A stretch of DNA of 62,066 nt, filler included. It is 5 parts of 5 records of this genome, joined end to end, with 100 filler letters (N's around TTAATTAATTAA, not from the genome) between each part and the next. Parts side by side here need not be neighbours in the genome. Positions count along the whole stretch, not along the records: positions 1 to 22,461 come from DRR723986_7710; 4 more parts are not named here. One strand, written 5' to 3'. Position 1 is the first letter of the stretch, and each line of letters opens with the position of its first letter. This document shows positions 9,199 to 20,542 of the stretch, in pieces. Below the pieces are notes generated by a model. The model was given only the letters and a program-made list of their open reading frames with translations. It was not told where the DNA came from and made no database searches. The position numbers and the translations under genes were made by a program.

Positions 9199-10410
9199 AT
9201 GTCCGAAAGCCTGCCACATTATGAGGATACCCTTGCCGTATATGCCTGCAAGCCCTCTGAAAGCCGTGGCCGACTGTCGCCTGAGCCAGAAACCGCTTCG
9301 CGTAGCTGTTATCAGCGCGATCGGGACCGTGTGATCCATTCTTCCAGCTTTCGTCGGCTGAAGCACAAAACTCAAGTTTTTGTTTATCATGAAGGCGATC
9401 ATTTTCGCACCCGGCTAACGCATTCACTTGAAGTGGCGCAAATTGCCCGGTCCATTTGTCGGTCTATGCACTTGAACGAGGACTTGGGCGAGGTGCTGGC
9501 CCTGGCCCATGATTTGGGGCACCCGCCGTTTGGGCACACTGGTGAAACGGTTCTCGATGAATGCATGAAAGACTTTGAGGGGTTCGACCATAATGCGCAG
9601 GCACTGCGGTTGCTCACGCGGCTTGAAACTCGCTATGCCTCGTTTAAAGGGCTTAATCTCACATGGGAAACCCTTGAGGGGTTAGCAAAGCATAACGGGC
9701 CGCTCGTAGACAAAGCAATAAACCACAAAAAGCCACCGGTTGATTTGCCCTTCGGCTTCCGGGACTATCTGCCCGAGCATGACCTTATGTTACATACATA
9801 TGCCAGCGCGGAGGCTCAGCTAGCAGCCCTTGCCGACGATATTGCTTATTCTAGCCATGATTTGGATGATGGCTTGAGGGCAGGGTTGTTTGAACTTGAC
9901 GAGCTGAAAAAAATTCCCGTAGTTGCCCAATTGATTGATGAAGTGCTGCTAACCTATCCGGGCGCACCGAAAGATATTCTCATTCACGAACTGGTTCGCC
10001 GCATGATTAACCGTATGGTGGCTGACGTGATGGTGGAAAGTGGGCGCAGAATACGAGAGCTTGATCCAAAAAGTGTAGATGACATTCGCAATGCGGGCGC
10101 GCCGGTTATTGCTTTTGGTAGGAACATTTCTGCTGCTGTTATGGAATTGAAAGAATTTCTCGCAGACCGCATGTACCGACATTATCTGGTGAACCGAATG
10201 GGCAGTAAAGCCCGACGCGTGGTCACGGACCTGTTTCACCTTTATGTCTCAGAACCGGAGTGCCTGCCAACGGACTGGAACGAAAAAGCGCCAGAGCCAA
10301 ATACAGCAGAAACCGCCCGTGTCGTTGCAGACTTTATTGCCGGCATGACGGATCGTTTTGCCTTCCGGGAACATGCAAAATTGTTTGATCTGTCGGATGT
10401 TTCGCTTTAA
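9199..10410 (+). CDS. dgt: deoxyguanosinetriphosphate triphosphohydrolase
   Basis: QRDRDRVIHS..FRRLKHKTQVF, RTRLTHSLEV and AHDLGH HD motif; upstream of argS; ATG 9199 behind GGAG. Confidence 0.95.
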   Translation: MSESLPHYEDTLAVYACKPSESRGRLSPEPETASRSCYQRDRDRVIHSSSFRRLKHKTQVFVYHEGDHFRTRLTHSLEVAQIARSICRSMHLNEDLGEVLALAHDLGHPPFGHTGETVLDECMKDFEGFDHNAQALRLLTRLETRYASFKGLNLTWETLEGLAKHNGPLVDKAINHKKPPVDLPFGFRDYLPEHDLMLHTYASAEAQLAALADDIAYSSHDLDDGLRAGLFELDELKKIPVVAQLIDEVLLTYPGAPKDILIHELVRRMINRMVADVMVESGRRIRELDPKSVDDIRNAGAPVIAFGRNISAAVMELKEFLADRMYRHYLVNRMGSKARRVVTDLFHLYVSEPECLPTDWNEKAPEPNTAETARVVADFIAGMTDRFAFREHAKLFDLSDVSL

Positions 10411-10464
10411 AGCGCTAGCTAAAGTGCCTTAAGCAAACTTGGCAGACCAGAAAGACTGAATATC

Positions 10465-12219
10465 ATGAATGTTTTTACCCATTTTCGGGGCATTATCGGC
10501 GCTGCGCTTGACGCACTTATCGCCTCTGGCGATTTACCAAACGGGCTGGATTATAAAAATATAACAGTAGAGCCCCCACGGGACCCAAGCCACGGTGACT
10601 TGGCCACCAACGCAGCCATGGTTTTGACCAAGCAGGCGAAAATGAACCCACGCGCTATTGCTGGGCTTTTGGCACCAGCATTGGAAGCAGGCGAAGATGT
10701 TGCTTCTGTTGATGTAGCAGGGCCAGGCTTTATAAATTTACGGCTGGCACCCGCTTTTTGGCAAAAGCAAATTGCGGTCATCCTTAATGCTGGAGACGCC
10801 TACGGTAGTAGCGATTTGGGCGGCAACCAGAAGGTGAATGTGGAATATGTGTCGGCAAACCCCACGGGGCCGTTGCATGTTGGCCATGTGAGAGGCGCCG
10901 TTTTTGGTGATGCGCTAGCGAACTTACTCGCCAAAGTTGGTTATGATGTGGCCAAGGAATATTTGATTAATGATGCAGGCGGCCAAATAGATACGCTCGC
11001 CCGGTCTGCCTACTTGCGGTACCGCGAAGCGCTGGGCGAAGACATCGGCGAAATCCCTGAAGGATTATATCCCGGCGACTATCTTGTACCTGTCGGGGAA
11101 ATGCTCAAAGATAAATACGGCGATAAATGGCTGGATGCTGATGAAGCAGAATGGCTCGCTCCCATAAGGCTTGAAGCTACCGATGCAATGATGGCACTGG
11201 TGCGCGAAGACCTTAAGGCGCTTGGTATTGAGCAGGAAGTGTTCTTTTCCGAGCGCACATTGCATGAAAGCGGCCGTATTGCTGAGGCAATAGCTGACCT
11301 GCGGGCAAATGGTCATATTTATGAAGGTGTACTCGAGCCGCCTAAGGGCCAGAAAACCGACGATTGGGAGCCACGGGAGCAAACGTTGTTCCGGGCCACA
11401 GCTTTCGGTGATGATGTTGACCGGGCTTTACAAAAGTCAAATGGTGACTACACCTATTTTGCTGCCGACATTGCCTATCATTATGACAAATATCAGCGTG
11501 GTTTCCATTCCATGATTGATGTCTGGGGCGCTGATCACACAGGTTACGTAAAACGTATGGTAACTGCGGCGAAAGCACTCGCAGATGATGCTCATTTGGA
11601 CGTGAAAATTTGCCAGCTCGTGAAACTCTTTAGGGACGGTGAGCCGTTCAAAATGTCTAAGCGGTCAGGCAATTTCATCACGTTGCGTGAGGTTGTTGAT
11701 GAGGTTGGGCGCGATGTAACCCGTTTCATTATGCTTACGCGCAAAAATGATGCGCCGCTAGATTTTGATTTCAACAAGGTTATGGAGCAATCCAAAGACA
11801 ACCCGGTTTTCTATGTACAATATGCTCATGCGCGCATTCGTTCCGTACTGAAAAATCGTGTTTCTGGTGTGTTCCCGGCGCTTGATACCAGTGATGCTGC
11901 ACTTGCCAAGGCTGATTTGTCATTGCTAACAGACCCGGCTGAAATTGCCTTAATTCAGCAATGTTGTGCCTTTCCGCGTATTGTTGAAAGTGCTGCTGAC
12001 GCCCATGAACCGCATAGAATTGCGTTTTTTCTCTATGATCTGGCGTCAGAGTTTCATAGTCTGTGGAACAAAGGTAATGATAATGCCGATTTACGGTTTG
12101 TAATTGAAGGCAACGAAGCGGTAACAGCGGCGCGCTTGGCAATGATCAGAAGTGCTCAAACAGTTATCGCCGGTGGCCTTGCCATTCTCGGCGTTACACC
12201 AGTGGAGGAAATGCGCTAA
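10465..12219 (+). CDS. argS: arginine--tRNA ligase
   Basis: [29 protein letters not shown] and terminal VEEMR. Confidence 0.97.
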   Translation: MNVFTHFRGIIGAALDALIASGDLPNGLDYKNITVEPPRDPSHGDLATNAAMVLTKQAKMNPRAIAGLLAPALEAGEDVASVDVAGPGFINLRLAPAFWQKQIAVILNAGDAYGSSDLGGNQKVNVEYVSANPTGPLHVGHVRGAVFGDALANLLAKVGYDVAKEYLINDAGGQIDTLARSAYLRYREALGEDIGEIPEGLYPGDYLVPVGEMLKDKYGDKWLDADEAEWLAPIRLEATDAMMALVREDLKALGIEQEVFFSERTLHESGRIAEAIADLRANGHIYEGVLEPPKGQKTDDWEPREQTLFRATAFGDDVDRALQKSNGDYTYFAADIAYHYDKYQRGFHSMIDVWGADHTGYVKRMVTAAKALADDAHLDVKICQLVKLFRDGEPFKMSKRSGNFITLREVVDEVGRDVTRFIMLTRKNDAPLDFDFNKVMEQSKDNPVFYVQYAHARIRSVLKNRVSGVFPALDTSDAALAKADLSLLTDPAEIALIQQCCAFPRIVESAADAHEPHRIAFFLYDLASEFHSLWNKGNDNADLRFVIEGNEAVTAARLAMIRSAQTVIAGGLAILGVTPVEEMR

Positions 12220-13023
12220 ATGGTCGACAGCGACGATACTTCAACCGACAAAGATGTGCCGCCTTGGTTGCACCCGGTACCTGAAGAGGAAAATGATGCT
12301 GGTTTCTTCGCGGCTAACCGCAAAACCATTATTATGGCAAGCATTGCCGCTGTTCTAATTGCTGTGTTCGTTGGGGCTATTGCTGTGCTGTATAAAGACG
12401 CACCCACCGATGGCCCAAGGCGCGTTGTGGCAGATGCCGGACCGATTAAGGAGCGCCCTGAAGACGCTGGTGGCCTTAAAGTTGACCACCAAGATAAAGC
12501 TGTTCTTGAGATTGGCGATGGTGCAACCGCCAAGTCAAGTATTGAAATCGGCGAGCAACCTGAACAGCCTGTGGCTGAAATTCCTGATTTGCCTACTGAG
12601 ACATCAACCGTTCAGACGGCAGCAAGCGATACCATTGGCGACTTGGCCGAGGCTGCAACAAAGCAAGAAGCCGCATCTGTAGCGCCAAAAGCCGAACCTA
12701 AAGCCGTTGAAAAGCCGGTTTCAACGCCGGCTGTACAACCACAACCTGCAGCTAGTGCTTCTGGGGCAGCAGCTACTGGTGCTTATAGGGTTCAGTTAGG
12801 TGCTTATGGATCAGAAAAGTCGGCCGCTACAGCGTGGCGTAATCTAAAAGGCAAGTTTTCTCGCCAACTAGGTGATTTGCAGCCAGTTTATGTACCTGTG
12901 CAAAGCGGTGACAGAACGCTTTACCGCTTAAGGGTAGGGCCAGTTGATACAAGGGCCAAGGCCGATGAAATATGTATTTCACTGCGCGCGCAAGACCAAG
13001 CCTGTTTTGTCGCTGGTTCCTAA
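12220..13023 (+). CDS. SPOR-domain cell division protein (FtsN-like)
   Basis: One TM, low-complexity linker, C-terminal SPOR domain (VQLGAY...YRLRVGP...C..L....QAC); located between argS and nagZ. Confidence 0.88.
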   Translation: MVDSDDTSTDKDVPPWLHPVPEEENDAGFFAANRKTIIMASIAAVLIAVFVGAIAVLYKDAPTDGPRRVVADAGPIKERPEDAGGLKVDHQDKAVLEIGDGATAKSSIEIGEQPEQPVAEIPDLPTETSTVQTAASDTIGDLAEAATKQEAASVAPKAEPKAVEKPVSTPAVQPQPAASASGAAATGAYRVQLGAYGSEKSAATAWRNLKGKFSRQLGDLQPVYVPVQSGDRTLYRLRVGPVDTRAKADEICISLRAQDQACFVAGS

Positions 13024-13032
13024 GGGTATTTC

Positions 13033-14052
13033 GTGAAACCGGTTATTTTTGGCTGTGCAGGCCCTGCACTTAGCGCAGCGGAACGTGAATTTTTCGCCGT
13101 GCAACAGCCAGCTGGCTTCATTTTGTTTGCCAGAAACATACAATCCTCTCAACAGCTTAAGGTTTTAACGACAGATCTCAGGTTATGCGTTGACCGCAGC
13201 AATGTGCTGATCGCTATTGACCAAGAGGGCGGGCGTGTACAGCGCATGGGGCCGCCTCATTGGCGTAAATATCCGCCGATGGCTTTGTTCGGCGAGGCAG
13301 CGCAAGTCAACTATGACTTGGCCGAACGAGCGCAATCACTAAACTGTTTGTTGCTGGCGGATGATTTGCGTAGGGCTGGTATTAACGTTGACTGCCTTCC
13401 ACTGCTTGATGTGCCGAAAGAGGGTGCAGACAATGTCATTGGCGACAGGGCGCTGGCCAAAACGCCAGAGCTTGTGGGTAAGCTGGGCGGTGTGGTTATT
13501 GAAAGCTTAACACAGGCAGGTATATTGCCGGTGATTAAGCACCTGCCTGGGCATGGTCGTGCAACGGTTGATAGCCATAAGCTTTTGCCGCGGGTGGATG
13601 CGCCGTTGGATGAGCTGGCACGCACAGACTTTGCGCCTTTCAAGGCGCTATCATCCTGTCCCATGGGAATGACAGCGCACATTGTTTATGAGGCTATTGA
13701 TGACAAGCAGCCAGCCACTTTGTCCTCAATAGTGATACGCGATGTCATTCGCGACCTGATTGGCTTTCAGGGCCTGTTGATGACAGATGATCTTTCTATG
13801 CAGGCCCTTACGGGGACTATGGCCGAACGAACAAAAGCGAGCCTGGAGGCGGGCTGTGACCTGATATTGCACTGCAATGGTGACATGCAGGAAATGCAAG
13901 ATGTCGCAAATGTGTTGCCGTTTGCTGGGGAAACACTAGAACAAGCAATAGCCACCATGGTTAATGGTGCTGGTCAGAAGAAACCAATTGATCGCAAGCG
14001 TGTTAAAACCGACTATGAGGCGGCGATGCAAGAGTTGTACAGTATAGTTTAG
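13033..14052 (+). CDS. nagZ: beta-N-acetylhexosaminidase
   Basis: IDQEGGRVQR, KHLPGHG...DSH and TDDLSM GH3 motifs. Confidence 0.95.
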   Translation: MKPVIFGCAGPALSAAEREFFAVQQPAGFILFARNIQSSQQLKVLTTDLRLCVDRSNVLIAIDQEGGRVQRMGPPHWRKYPPMALFGEAAQVNYDLAERAQSLNCLLLADDLRRAGINVDCLPLLDVPKEGADNVIGDRALAKTPELVGKLGGVVIESLTQAGILPVIKHLPGHGRATVDSHKLLPRVDAPLDELARTDFAPFKALSSCPMGMTAHIVYEAIDDKQPATLSSIVIRDVIRDLIGFQGLLMTDDLSMQALTGTMAERTKASLEAGCDLILHCNGDMQEMQDVANVLPFAGETLEQAIATMVNGAGQKKPIDRKRVKTDYEAAMQELYSIV

Positions 14053-14090
14053 GCCCGATAAATTAGGCCTGAATAACATAGGAATAAGCT

Positions 14091-14744
14091 TTGGAATATT
14101 TTGCCGACAAACTTTACCTGTTAAGTATCATGGCGTTACCGTTTTTATTAGCGGTTACGCTGCATGAGGCGGGCCATGCTTATGCTGCCACGGCTTTTGG
14201 GGACAGCACGCCAAAGCGAGATGGGCGGTTATCATTAAATCCGCTGGTTCACATGGACCCACTTGGCACGGTTGCTATACCCTTGCTTGCGGTTATGACC
14301 GGTTTTCCATTTCTGATTGGTTATGCCAAGCCAGTGATGATCCAGCCAGGTAATTTCAAAGGTAACCGCCGTAAAGCCATGATTATGGTGGCGCTGGCGG
14401 GGCCTGCGGGCAATGTTGTTGTTGCCATCTTCTGCGCTTATATTTTGCGTTTTGTTCTAGGGGCGGGCGCAACCGGTGAAGACTGGATTGTTAACACCAT
14501 GTATTATGGTATTTTCATGAATTGCTTGTTTATGGTTTTTAACCTGCTACCGATCCCGCCGCTCGACGGCGGTGCGGTGCTGGAACAGTTGTTACCGCAT
14601 GAGTTGGCGCGGAAGTATGCATCAATTGCGCCTTATGGCTTTTTTATTCTGATCGCAGTGATTATGCTGGCAAAAGACATTATTATTGTTCCAACAATGT
14701 TTATGACCGGGCTTATAGTTTGGGCGGTGAATGTACCGATATAA
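14091..14744 (+). CDS. site-2 protease (M50) family membrane metalloprotease
   Basis: HEAGH zinc motif, AGPAGN and NLLPIPPLDG; TTG start. Confidence 0.92.
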   Translation: MEYFADKLYLLSIMALPFLLAVTLHEAGHAYAATAFGDSTPKRDGRLSLNPLVHMDPLGTVAIPLLAVMTGFPFLIGYAKPVMIQPGNFKGNRRKAMIMVALAGPAGNVVVAIFCAYILRFVLGAGATGEDWIVNTMYYGIFMNCLFMVFNLLPIPPLDGGAVLEQLLPHELARKYASIAPYGFFILIAVIMLAKDIIIVPTMFMTGLIVWAVNVPI

Positions 14745-15532
14745 TGGAATTTGAAGAAGATATCGACGCGCCAATGCTGAATGCAATGAGCGAAAAATCA
14801 AGCGAAGACCACTTGGTGTTGCAAATCGACGGCTTTGAGGGGCCGCTCGATGTGTTGTTGACCCTTGCGCGTGCGCAAAAGGTTGATTTGGCACAGATAT
14901 CCATTCTGCAATTGGTTGAGCAATATCTGGAGTTTGTCGCTGAAGCCCGCAAAATCAAACTGGAGTTAGCTGCTGACTATCTGGTGATGGCGGCGTGGTT
15001 GGCTTACCTGAAGTCAAGATTGTTGCTGCCCAAAGAAGATGACGGCGAGGAACCCTCTGCCGAGGAACTGGCGTTTCGCCTGCAGCTGCGTCTGCAAAGG
15101 CTGGAAGCCATGCGCGATGTGGGCGCACGCATTATGGCGCGGGACCGTATGGGACGTGATGTTTTCCGTCGGGGTAGGCCAGAAGGGCTGAAGATTTTGA
15201 AGCGCGGCCACTATGATGTGACGCTCTATGAACTGTTAAAAGCTTACGCGGAAAATCGGCAGAAATATTCGATTACAGAAATTCGCATTGAGCGCAGGCC
15301 GGTGTTTTCCCTAGAAGACGCGCTTGAGCGTCTAAACGGCATGATAGGGGAAACTTTCAACTGGGCGCAGTTGGCTGATTTTCTGCCGGGTGATATGAAA
15401 GATAAACGCTTGCGTAAATCAGCAATGGCAAGCATGTTTGCAGCCAGTTTGGAGTTGGCACGCCAAGGCAGCGCTGATTTGCGCCAGATGGAAACCTTTG
15501 GACCAATATTCCTGCGACAAAAGCAAGACTAG
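14744..15532 (+). CDS. scpA: segregation and condensation protein A
   Basis: FEGPLDVLL and ELAADYLVMAAWLAYLKSRLLLP; ATG overlaps the upstream TAA. Confidence 0.95.
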   Translation: MEFEEDIDAPMLNAMSEKSSEDHLVLQIDGFEGPLDVLLTLARAQKVDLAQISILQLVEQYLEFVAEARKIKLELAADYLVMAAWLAYLKSRLLLPKEDDGEEPSAEELAFRLQLRLQRLEAMRDVGARIMARDRMGRDVFRRGRPEGLKILKRGHYDVTLYELLKAYAENRQKYSITEIRIERRPVFSLEDALERLNGMIGETFNWAQLADFLPGDMKDKRLRKSAMASMFAASLELARQGSADLRQMETFGPIFLRQKQD

Positions 15533-15573
15533 CTGCACATTAGATAGTAGATGATGAGATAATCGAGCGAGCA

Positions 15574-16368
15574 ATGGCAGACGATTTAAATATGGAACAG
15601 CCGGAAGAACAGGTGGAGGAAACCTCCTTACCCGTTGATACGGACTTACAGCACCGCCGCATGGTGGAGGCTATTTTGTTTGCCAGTGAAGCCCCTGTTT
15701 CTATTGATGATATTGCCGAGCGTGTGCCAGAGGGCGTTGATATTGCTGTGCATTTGGAAGCGCTTGCGGAAGACTATAAGACGCGCGGCGTGAACTTGGT
15801 TAAGCTTGCAGGCAAGCATATGTTCCGCACTGCGGATGATCTGTCGTTCTTGTTGCGCCGGGAAGTTGATGAACCGCGTAAATTGTCGCGCGCTGCAGTG
15901 GAAACGCTGTCAATCATTGCCTATCACCAGCCTGTGACCAGAACAGAGATTGAAGAAGTGCGCGGTGTTACCATATCTAAGGGAACACTGGATGTGCTAA
16001 TGGAAGCAGGGTGGGTGCGGATGGTTGGCCGCAAACGAACGCCGGGCAGGCCCGTTACTTATGGCACGACGGAAGAGTTTTTGGTGCATTTCGGTATTGA
16101 AAGCATTAAAGACTTACCAGGCCTTCAGGAATTAAAAGCTGCAGGTTTGTTGGACAGTGTAGATGTAGCGCTTGATAAACTTGGTGGTATGCCGTCTGCT
16201 GGTGGAGATGATGAAGACGAAGATCAGATTGATCTTGAAGATGCGATTGCAGAATTTGACGATGGTTCAAACGAAGCAGACAATTTGAACGACGATGATG
16301 ACAGTGAAGTCGCTGATGACATGCTTCAAGAAAAGCGCGAGCCGGACGACATAAAAGATGGAGCATAA
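15574..16368 (+). CDS. scpB: SMC-Scp complex subunit ScpB
   Basis: LSRAAVETLSIIAYHQPVTR and PGRPVTYGTTEEFL..FG; acidic C-terminal tail. Confidence 0.95.
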   Translation: MADDLNMEQPEEQVEETSLPVDTDLQHRRMVEAILFASEAPVSIDDIAERVPEGVDIAVHLEALAEDYKTRGVNLVKLAGKHMFRTADDLSFLLRREVDEPRKLSRAAVETLSIIAYHQPVTRTEIEEVRGVTISKGTLDVLMEAGWVRMVGRKRTPGRPVTYGTTEEFLVHFGIESIKDLPGLQELKAAGLLDSVDVALDKLGGMPSAGGDDEDEDQIDLEDAIAEFDDGSNEADNLNDDDDSEVADDMLQEKREPDDIKDGA

Positions 16369-16426
16369 GGTTAAGAAAGCCTTATAAGTAATTAATAAAT
16401 AATAATTTATAGTACGGAGAAAGAGT

Positions 16427-16663
16427 ATGTTTCCTGGTTGGCTACAAATCGCACTGGTGGCGCTGCTCATCATTTTATTGTTTGGCCGCGGCAAAATATC
16501 AGACCTTATGGGCGATGTTGCGAAGGGCATTACCAGCTTTCGTAAAGGCTTGAAGGAAGACCCCGAAGCGGCTACCCCTGAAGAGGCCAAGCCTGTTTCC
16601 GATGCCCGAGTGATTGACGGAGAAACTGTGGACGCCAAAGAAAAAGACAAAGCCGACGCTTGA
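16427..16663 (+). CDS. tatA: twin-arginine translocase subunit TatA
   Basis: TM helix followed by [24 protein letters not shown]. Confidence 0.95.
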   Translation: MFPGWLQIALVALLIILLFGRGKISDLMGDVAKGITSFRKGLKEDPEAATPEEAKPVSDARVIDGETVDAKEKDKADA

Positions 16664-16748
16664 GTGCTGCGGTTTTGGTCTGACTTTGCCTAATTTCTAG
16701 CAACTTTCGCTCATCTGATGTTTGCTAAGTCCCTCTGGAGTCACAAGA

Positions 16749-17405
16749 ATGCTTGATATCGGTGCCATGGAGCTTTTTGTAGTGGCAGTGCTGGCGCTTG
16801 TGGTTGTTGGCCCACAGGAGCTGCCGAAACTATTGAGGACCGTTGGCGGTTTTATGCGCAAAGCGCGAGAGCTTGCGGCTGAGTTTCGCTCGGGTGTTGA
16901 AGACCTTGCGGCTGAAGTGGAGCGCGAGGTTGACCCCTTTAGGGACTTGCGCGAGGAAGAGGGTCTTCGCCCCGGGATGAGCCCCAGTGAAATCACCGAA
17001 CATATATTGTCTAACCGCGAAGCCGATATGGTGGAAGAGGCCGCCAAACCGTACGCTGGCAGCGAAAAACCAATTGAGAAACCTAAAAAATCAGAAGAAA
17101 ACACAGCAAAATTAGAGTCAAACTCGCCGAAATCAGAAAAAAAGACGGCAAAATCAGAACCTAGCGGAGCAAAAACGGAATTTCTGGAAGGTCAGCACGA
17201 TATGTTTGGGCCAGAGGGTGATCTGACGGCAGGCACGATTAAAAAACAGACTGGTGATGAAAGTAACGATGTTTCAGGCGCGAAGAACGAGCAAAAGCAG
17301 CCGGCGAAAAAAACAAAAGCAAAAAAAACAACTACCAAAAAGCCACCCCCCAAGAAATCTGCTATAAATACTTCACCTATAAACGCCAAGGAGGGTCAAT
17401 CATGA
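16749..17405 (+). CDS. tatB: twin-arginine translocase subunit TatB
   Basis: MLDIGAMELFVVAVLALVVVGPQELPK; long charged tail. Confidence 0.93.
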   Translation: MLDIGAMELFVVAVLALVVVGPQELPKLLRTVGGFMRKARELAAEFRSGVEDLAAEVEREVDPFRDLREEEGLRPGMSPSEITEHILSNREADMVEEAAKPYAGSEKPIEKPKKSEENTAKLESNSPKSEKKTAKSEPSGAKTEFLEGQHDMFGPEGDLTAGTIKKQTGDESNDVSGAKNEQKQPAKKTKAKKTTTKKPPPKKSAINTSPINAKEGQS

Positions 17406-18298
17406 TGCCTCCCAAGGAACTGGGCACCGAAGGCGGTGGCCCGGATTTATATGATGATGACGATTATGACGATGACATCGACGATGATGAGGAAGATGAG
17501 GTTGATGCCAGCAGGGCGCCTCTGCTAGAGCATCTGAAGGAACTTCGCAGCCGGTTGATTAAGGTAATCATCGGTATGCTGATTGCTTTTGTGGTTGGGA
17601 TTTATTTCGCCAACGAAGTTTTCAACATTCTTGCCAAACCTTATATGGATGCGCAGGCAGCAAGCGGGCAAGAACGCCGAATGATTTTCACAGCGCTCAC
17701 CGAAGGGTTTTTTGTGAACCTTAAGGTGGCGCTTTATGCCGCCTTCATCGTTACCTTTCCGCTGTTGGCCACCCAGATATGGAAGTTTGTTGCGCCGGGT
17801 CTATACCGCGATGAAAAGCGGGCCTTTCTGCCGTTTTTGCTGGCAACACCCATTCTTTTCGGCCTGGGTGCGTCGTTGGCTTATTTTGTCGTTATCCCGG
17901 TTGCGTGGGAATTTCTATTGGGTTTTGAACAGTCTGGCGGCATCGGCGCGGTTGAAATCACTGCAGAAGCGAAGGTCAGTGAATATCTGTCGCTAGTGAT
18001 GCAAATGATATTTGGCTTCGGCGTTGCCTTTTTGCTGCCAGTGGCGCTCACGCTTATGGGGCGGGCAGGCATTGTCACAGCCCAAGGCCTGCGCGAAAAA
18101 CGCCGCTATATGATTGTTGTCACCTTTTTGGTGGCGGCCTTCCTAACACCGCCAGACCCCATCAGCCAGATCGCGCTTGGCATTCCTATTCTGCTCCTGT
18201 ATGAGCTGTCCATCTTGCTGATTGCCGCCACGGAACGTAAGCGCGCCAAGGCGGATGACGCTGAAGACGAAGACGATGACAAGGACGACGATAGCTAG
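17402..18298 (+). CDS. tatC: twin-arginine translocase subunit TatC
   Basis: APLLEHLKELRSRL, FVAPGLY..EK and TPPDPISQ. Confidence 0.96.
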   Translation: MMPPKELGTEGGGPDLYDDDDYDDDIDDDEEDEVDASRAPLLEHLKELRSRLIKVIIGMLIAFVVGIYFANEVFNILAKPYMDAQAASGQERRMIFTALTEGFFVNLKVALYAAFIVTFPLLATQIWKFVAPGLYRDEKRAFLPFLLATPILFGLGASLAYFVVIPVAWEFLLGFEQSGGIGAVEITAEAKVSEYLSLVMQMIFGFGVAFLLPVALTLMGRAGIVTAQGLREKRRYMIVVTFLVAAFLTPPDPISQIALGIPILLLYELSILLIAATERKRAKADDAEDEDDDKDDDS

Positions 18299-18355
18299 GT
18301 TTCTTGCCACTTTGGCGCGAAACCCCTTACGTAGTCACCAATATGGAATTGCCGC

Positions 18356-19651
18356 ATGTTTGACTTGAAATTTATCCGCGAAAACCCAGACGAATTTGAC
18401 CGGGCGCTTGCCCGTCGGGGTGAGCCTGCTAAATCAGCGACGATTTTGGAATTGGATCAAATACACCGCGAAAATTTGACTCTTGCTCAGGAAGGTCAGG
18501 CGCAGCGGAACGAAAAGTCTAAGTTGATAGGCCGTGCCAAAGCTAGTGGTGACGAAGAGCAGGCACAAGAACTGATGGCGGAGGTTGGGCGGCTGAAAGC
18601 TATTACAGCGGCTTACGAAGAAACCGCTCAGAAAAGGCAGGAAGAACTGAACCTGATTTTGATGAGCCTGCCAAATGCACTGTATGATGATGTGCCAGAC
18701 GGGGCAGACGAAGACGACAATGTAGAGGTGCGCACATGGGGCACGCCGCGCACGTTTAATTTCGAGGCCAAAGAACATTTTGATCTGGGTGAACAAGTTG
18801 GGGGCATGGACTTTGAGCGGGCGGCCAAGCTTTCCGGCTCGCGCTTTGTTATCCTCAGCGGTGACATCGCCCGGTTGGAGCGCGCCTTGGGCCAGTTTAT
18901 GCTGGACCTTCACACCCGCGACCATGGCTATACCGAAGTGCTAACCCCAGCATTGGTGCGCGAAAGCGCGCTGCTGGGCACCGGCCAGCTGCCAAAATTC
19001 GGCGATGATGCTTTCACCACCAACACTGGGCATTGGCTTATCCCTACGTCTGAGGTCACGCTGACCAACATCCATTCGGGCGAAATTCTTGATGAAGCAG
19101 ACTTGCCCATCCGCATGACAGCGCACGGCCAGTGTTTCCGTGCAGAAGCGGGCGCGGCGGGGCGCGACACGCGCGGCATGATCCGCCAACACCAGTTTGA
19201 AAAGGTTGAAATGGTGTCGCTCACCACGCCGGAGCAATCAGATGATGAGCTTGAGCGCATGACAGGCTGCGCCGAAGAAGTGCTGAAACAGCTTGGGCTT
19301 GCCTACCGCGTTGTGAAGCTATGCAGCGGCGATGTGGGCTTTGGTGCGCGCCGAACCTACGACCTTGAAGTATGGCTGCCGGGGCAGGGCAAGTTCCGCG
19401 AAATTTCCAGCTGTTCCACCTGTGGTGATTTTCAGGCACGCCGCATGAAAATGCGTTGCCGCCCGAAGGGTGAGAAGCAAACCCGCTTTGTCCACACGCT
19501 AAACGGCTCTGGCCTTGCGGTTGGCCGCACGCTGGTGGCGGTTATGGAAAATTACCAGCAGGAAGACGGCACCATTGCTGTGCCTGACGTGCTACAGCCC
19601 TATATGGGTGGTCTAAAGGTTATTGGTGGCCAAAACGGTGTAACGCCGTGA
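18356..19651 (+). CDS. serS: serine--tRNA ligase
   Basis: LIPTSEV, FRAEAG...[17 protein letters not shown] and [11 protein letters not shown]. Confidence 0.97.
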   Translation: MFDLKFIRENPDEFDRALARRGEPAKSATILELDQIHRENLTLAQEGQAQRNEKSKLIGRAKASGDEEQAQELMAEVGRLKAITAAYEETAQKRQEELNLILMSLPNALYDDVPDGADEDDNVEVRTWGTPRTFNFEAKEHFDLGEQVGGMDFERAAKLSGSRFVILSGDIARLERALGQFMLDLHTRDHGYTEVLTPALVRESALLGTGQLPKFGDDAFTTNTGHWLIPTSEVTLTNIHSGEILDEADLPIRMTAHGQCFRAEAGAAGRDTRGMIRQHQFEKVEMVSLTTPEQSDDELERMTGCAEEVLKQLGLAYRVVKLCSGDVGFGARRTYDLEVWLPGQGKFREISSCSTCGDFQARRMKMRCRPKGEKQTRFVHTLNGSGLAVGRTLVAVMENYQQEDGTIAVPDVLQPYMGGLKVIGGQNGVTP

Positions 19652-20427
19652 GTATATCAGCAGTCCGCATCCTCATTTCCAACGATGATGGCATAAACGC
19701 ACCGGGTTTGAAGGTGCTTGAGGATGTCGCTCGCCAGTTTTCTGATGATGTCTGGGTGGTGGCTCCTGAAACCGAACAATCAGGCGCAGGGCACTCGCTG
19801 ACGCTGACGCGACCCCTGCGTATTCGAAAACATAATGACAAACGCTGGTCTATCGACGGCACCCCGACAGACTGTGTGATGCTGGCCTTGAACCAGATCA
19901 TGGTCGATAGCTTGCCAACGCTGATACTCTCGGGCATCAACCGCGGCGGTAATCTGGCCGAGGATGTTACATACTCTGGCACGGTGTCCGTGGCCATGGA
20001 AGGCACACTTGCCAGCGTTCCATCAATTGCTTTCAGCCAGTGCATACGCCCAGACCAGCGCACAAAGTGGGAAACGGCGGAGAAGTTCGCGCCGGAAGTG
20101 TTGAAATCATTGCTTGCAACCGACTGGCCCAAGGGCGTGCTGATGAATGTGAATTTTCCGGCCTTTGTGCCAGAAGAAATTCAAGGCATCCGCGTGACCG
20201 AGCAGGGCAGGCGCGAGATGCTGGGCAATAATGTGGAAGAGCGCGTTGACCCGCGCGGTTTCAAATATTACTGGTTCGGCCTCGGGCGCGAACTTGGCCT
20301 GCCGGGCCACGAGACAGACCTCAAGTCAGTGCGCGAAAAATTCATTTCCATCACCCCGCTACATCTGGACCTAACCCACCACCAAACCCGTAATGCGCTT
20401 GCCGATAAGGTCTCGAAGAAATATTGA
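19648..20427 (+). CDS. surE: 5'/3'-nucleotidase SurE
   Basis: [29 protein letters not shown] and YSGTV. Confidence 0.96.
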   Translation: MSISAVRILISNDDGINAPGLKVLEDVARQFSDDVWVVAPETEQSGAGHSLTLTRPLRIRKHNDKRWSIDGTPTDCVMLALNQIMVDSLPTLILSGINRGGNLAEDVTYSGTVSVAMEGTLASVPSIAFSQCIRPDQRTKWETAEKFAPEVLKSLLATDWPKGVLMNVNFPAFVPEEIQGIRVTEQGRREMLGNNVEERVDPRGFKYYWFGLGRELGLPGHETDLKSVREKFISITPLHLDLTHHQTRNALADKVSKKY

Positions 20428-20542
20428 GTTTCTGAGCGGGTAGGGGGCGAGCCGAGGAGTTTTGTCAGATAGATGTCGCTTGCCAATCTGTCAGGGATGG
20501 CGTTATGTTTTATTGTACTTTTAACATATTTAGGGACATTGG

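Noticed and set aside
9199-10410. dGTPase as an anti-phage defence gene
   Set aside because: It occupies the conserved housekeeping position upstream of argS and has host-like composition.
14081-14120. GGAATA copies at the site-2 protease start as further ECF promoters
   Set aside because: No CGTA at the required spacing, so a link between this protease and the ECF module is unsupported.
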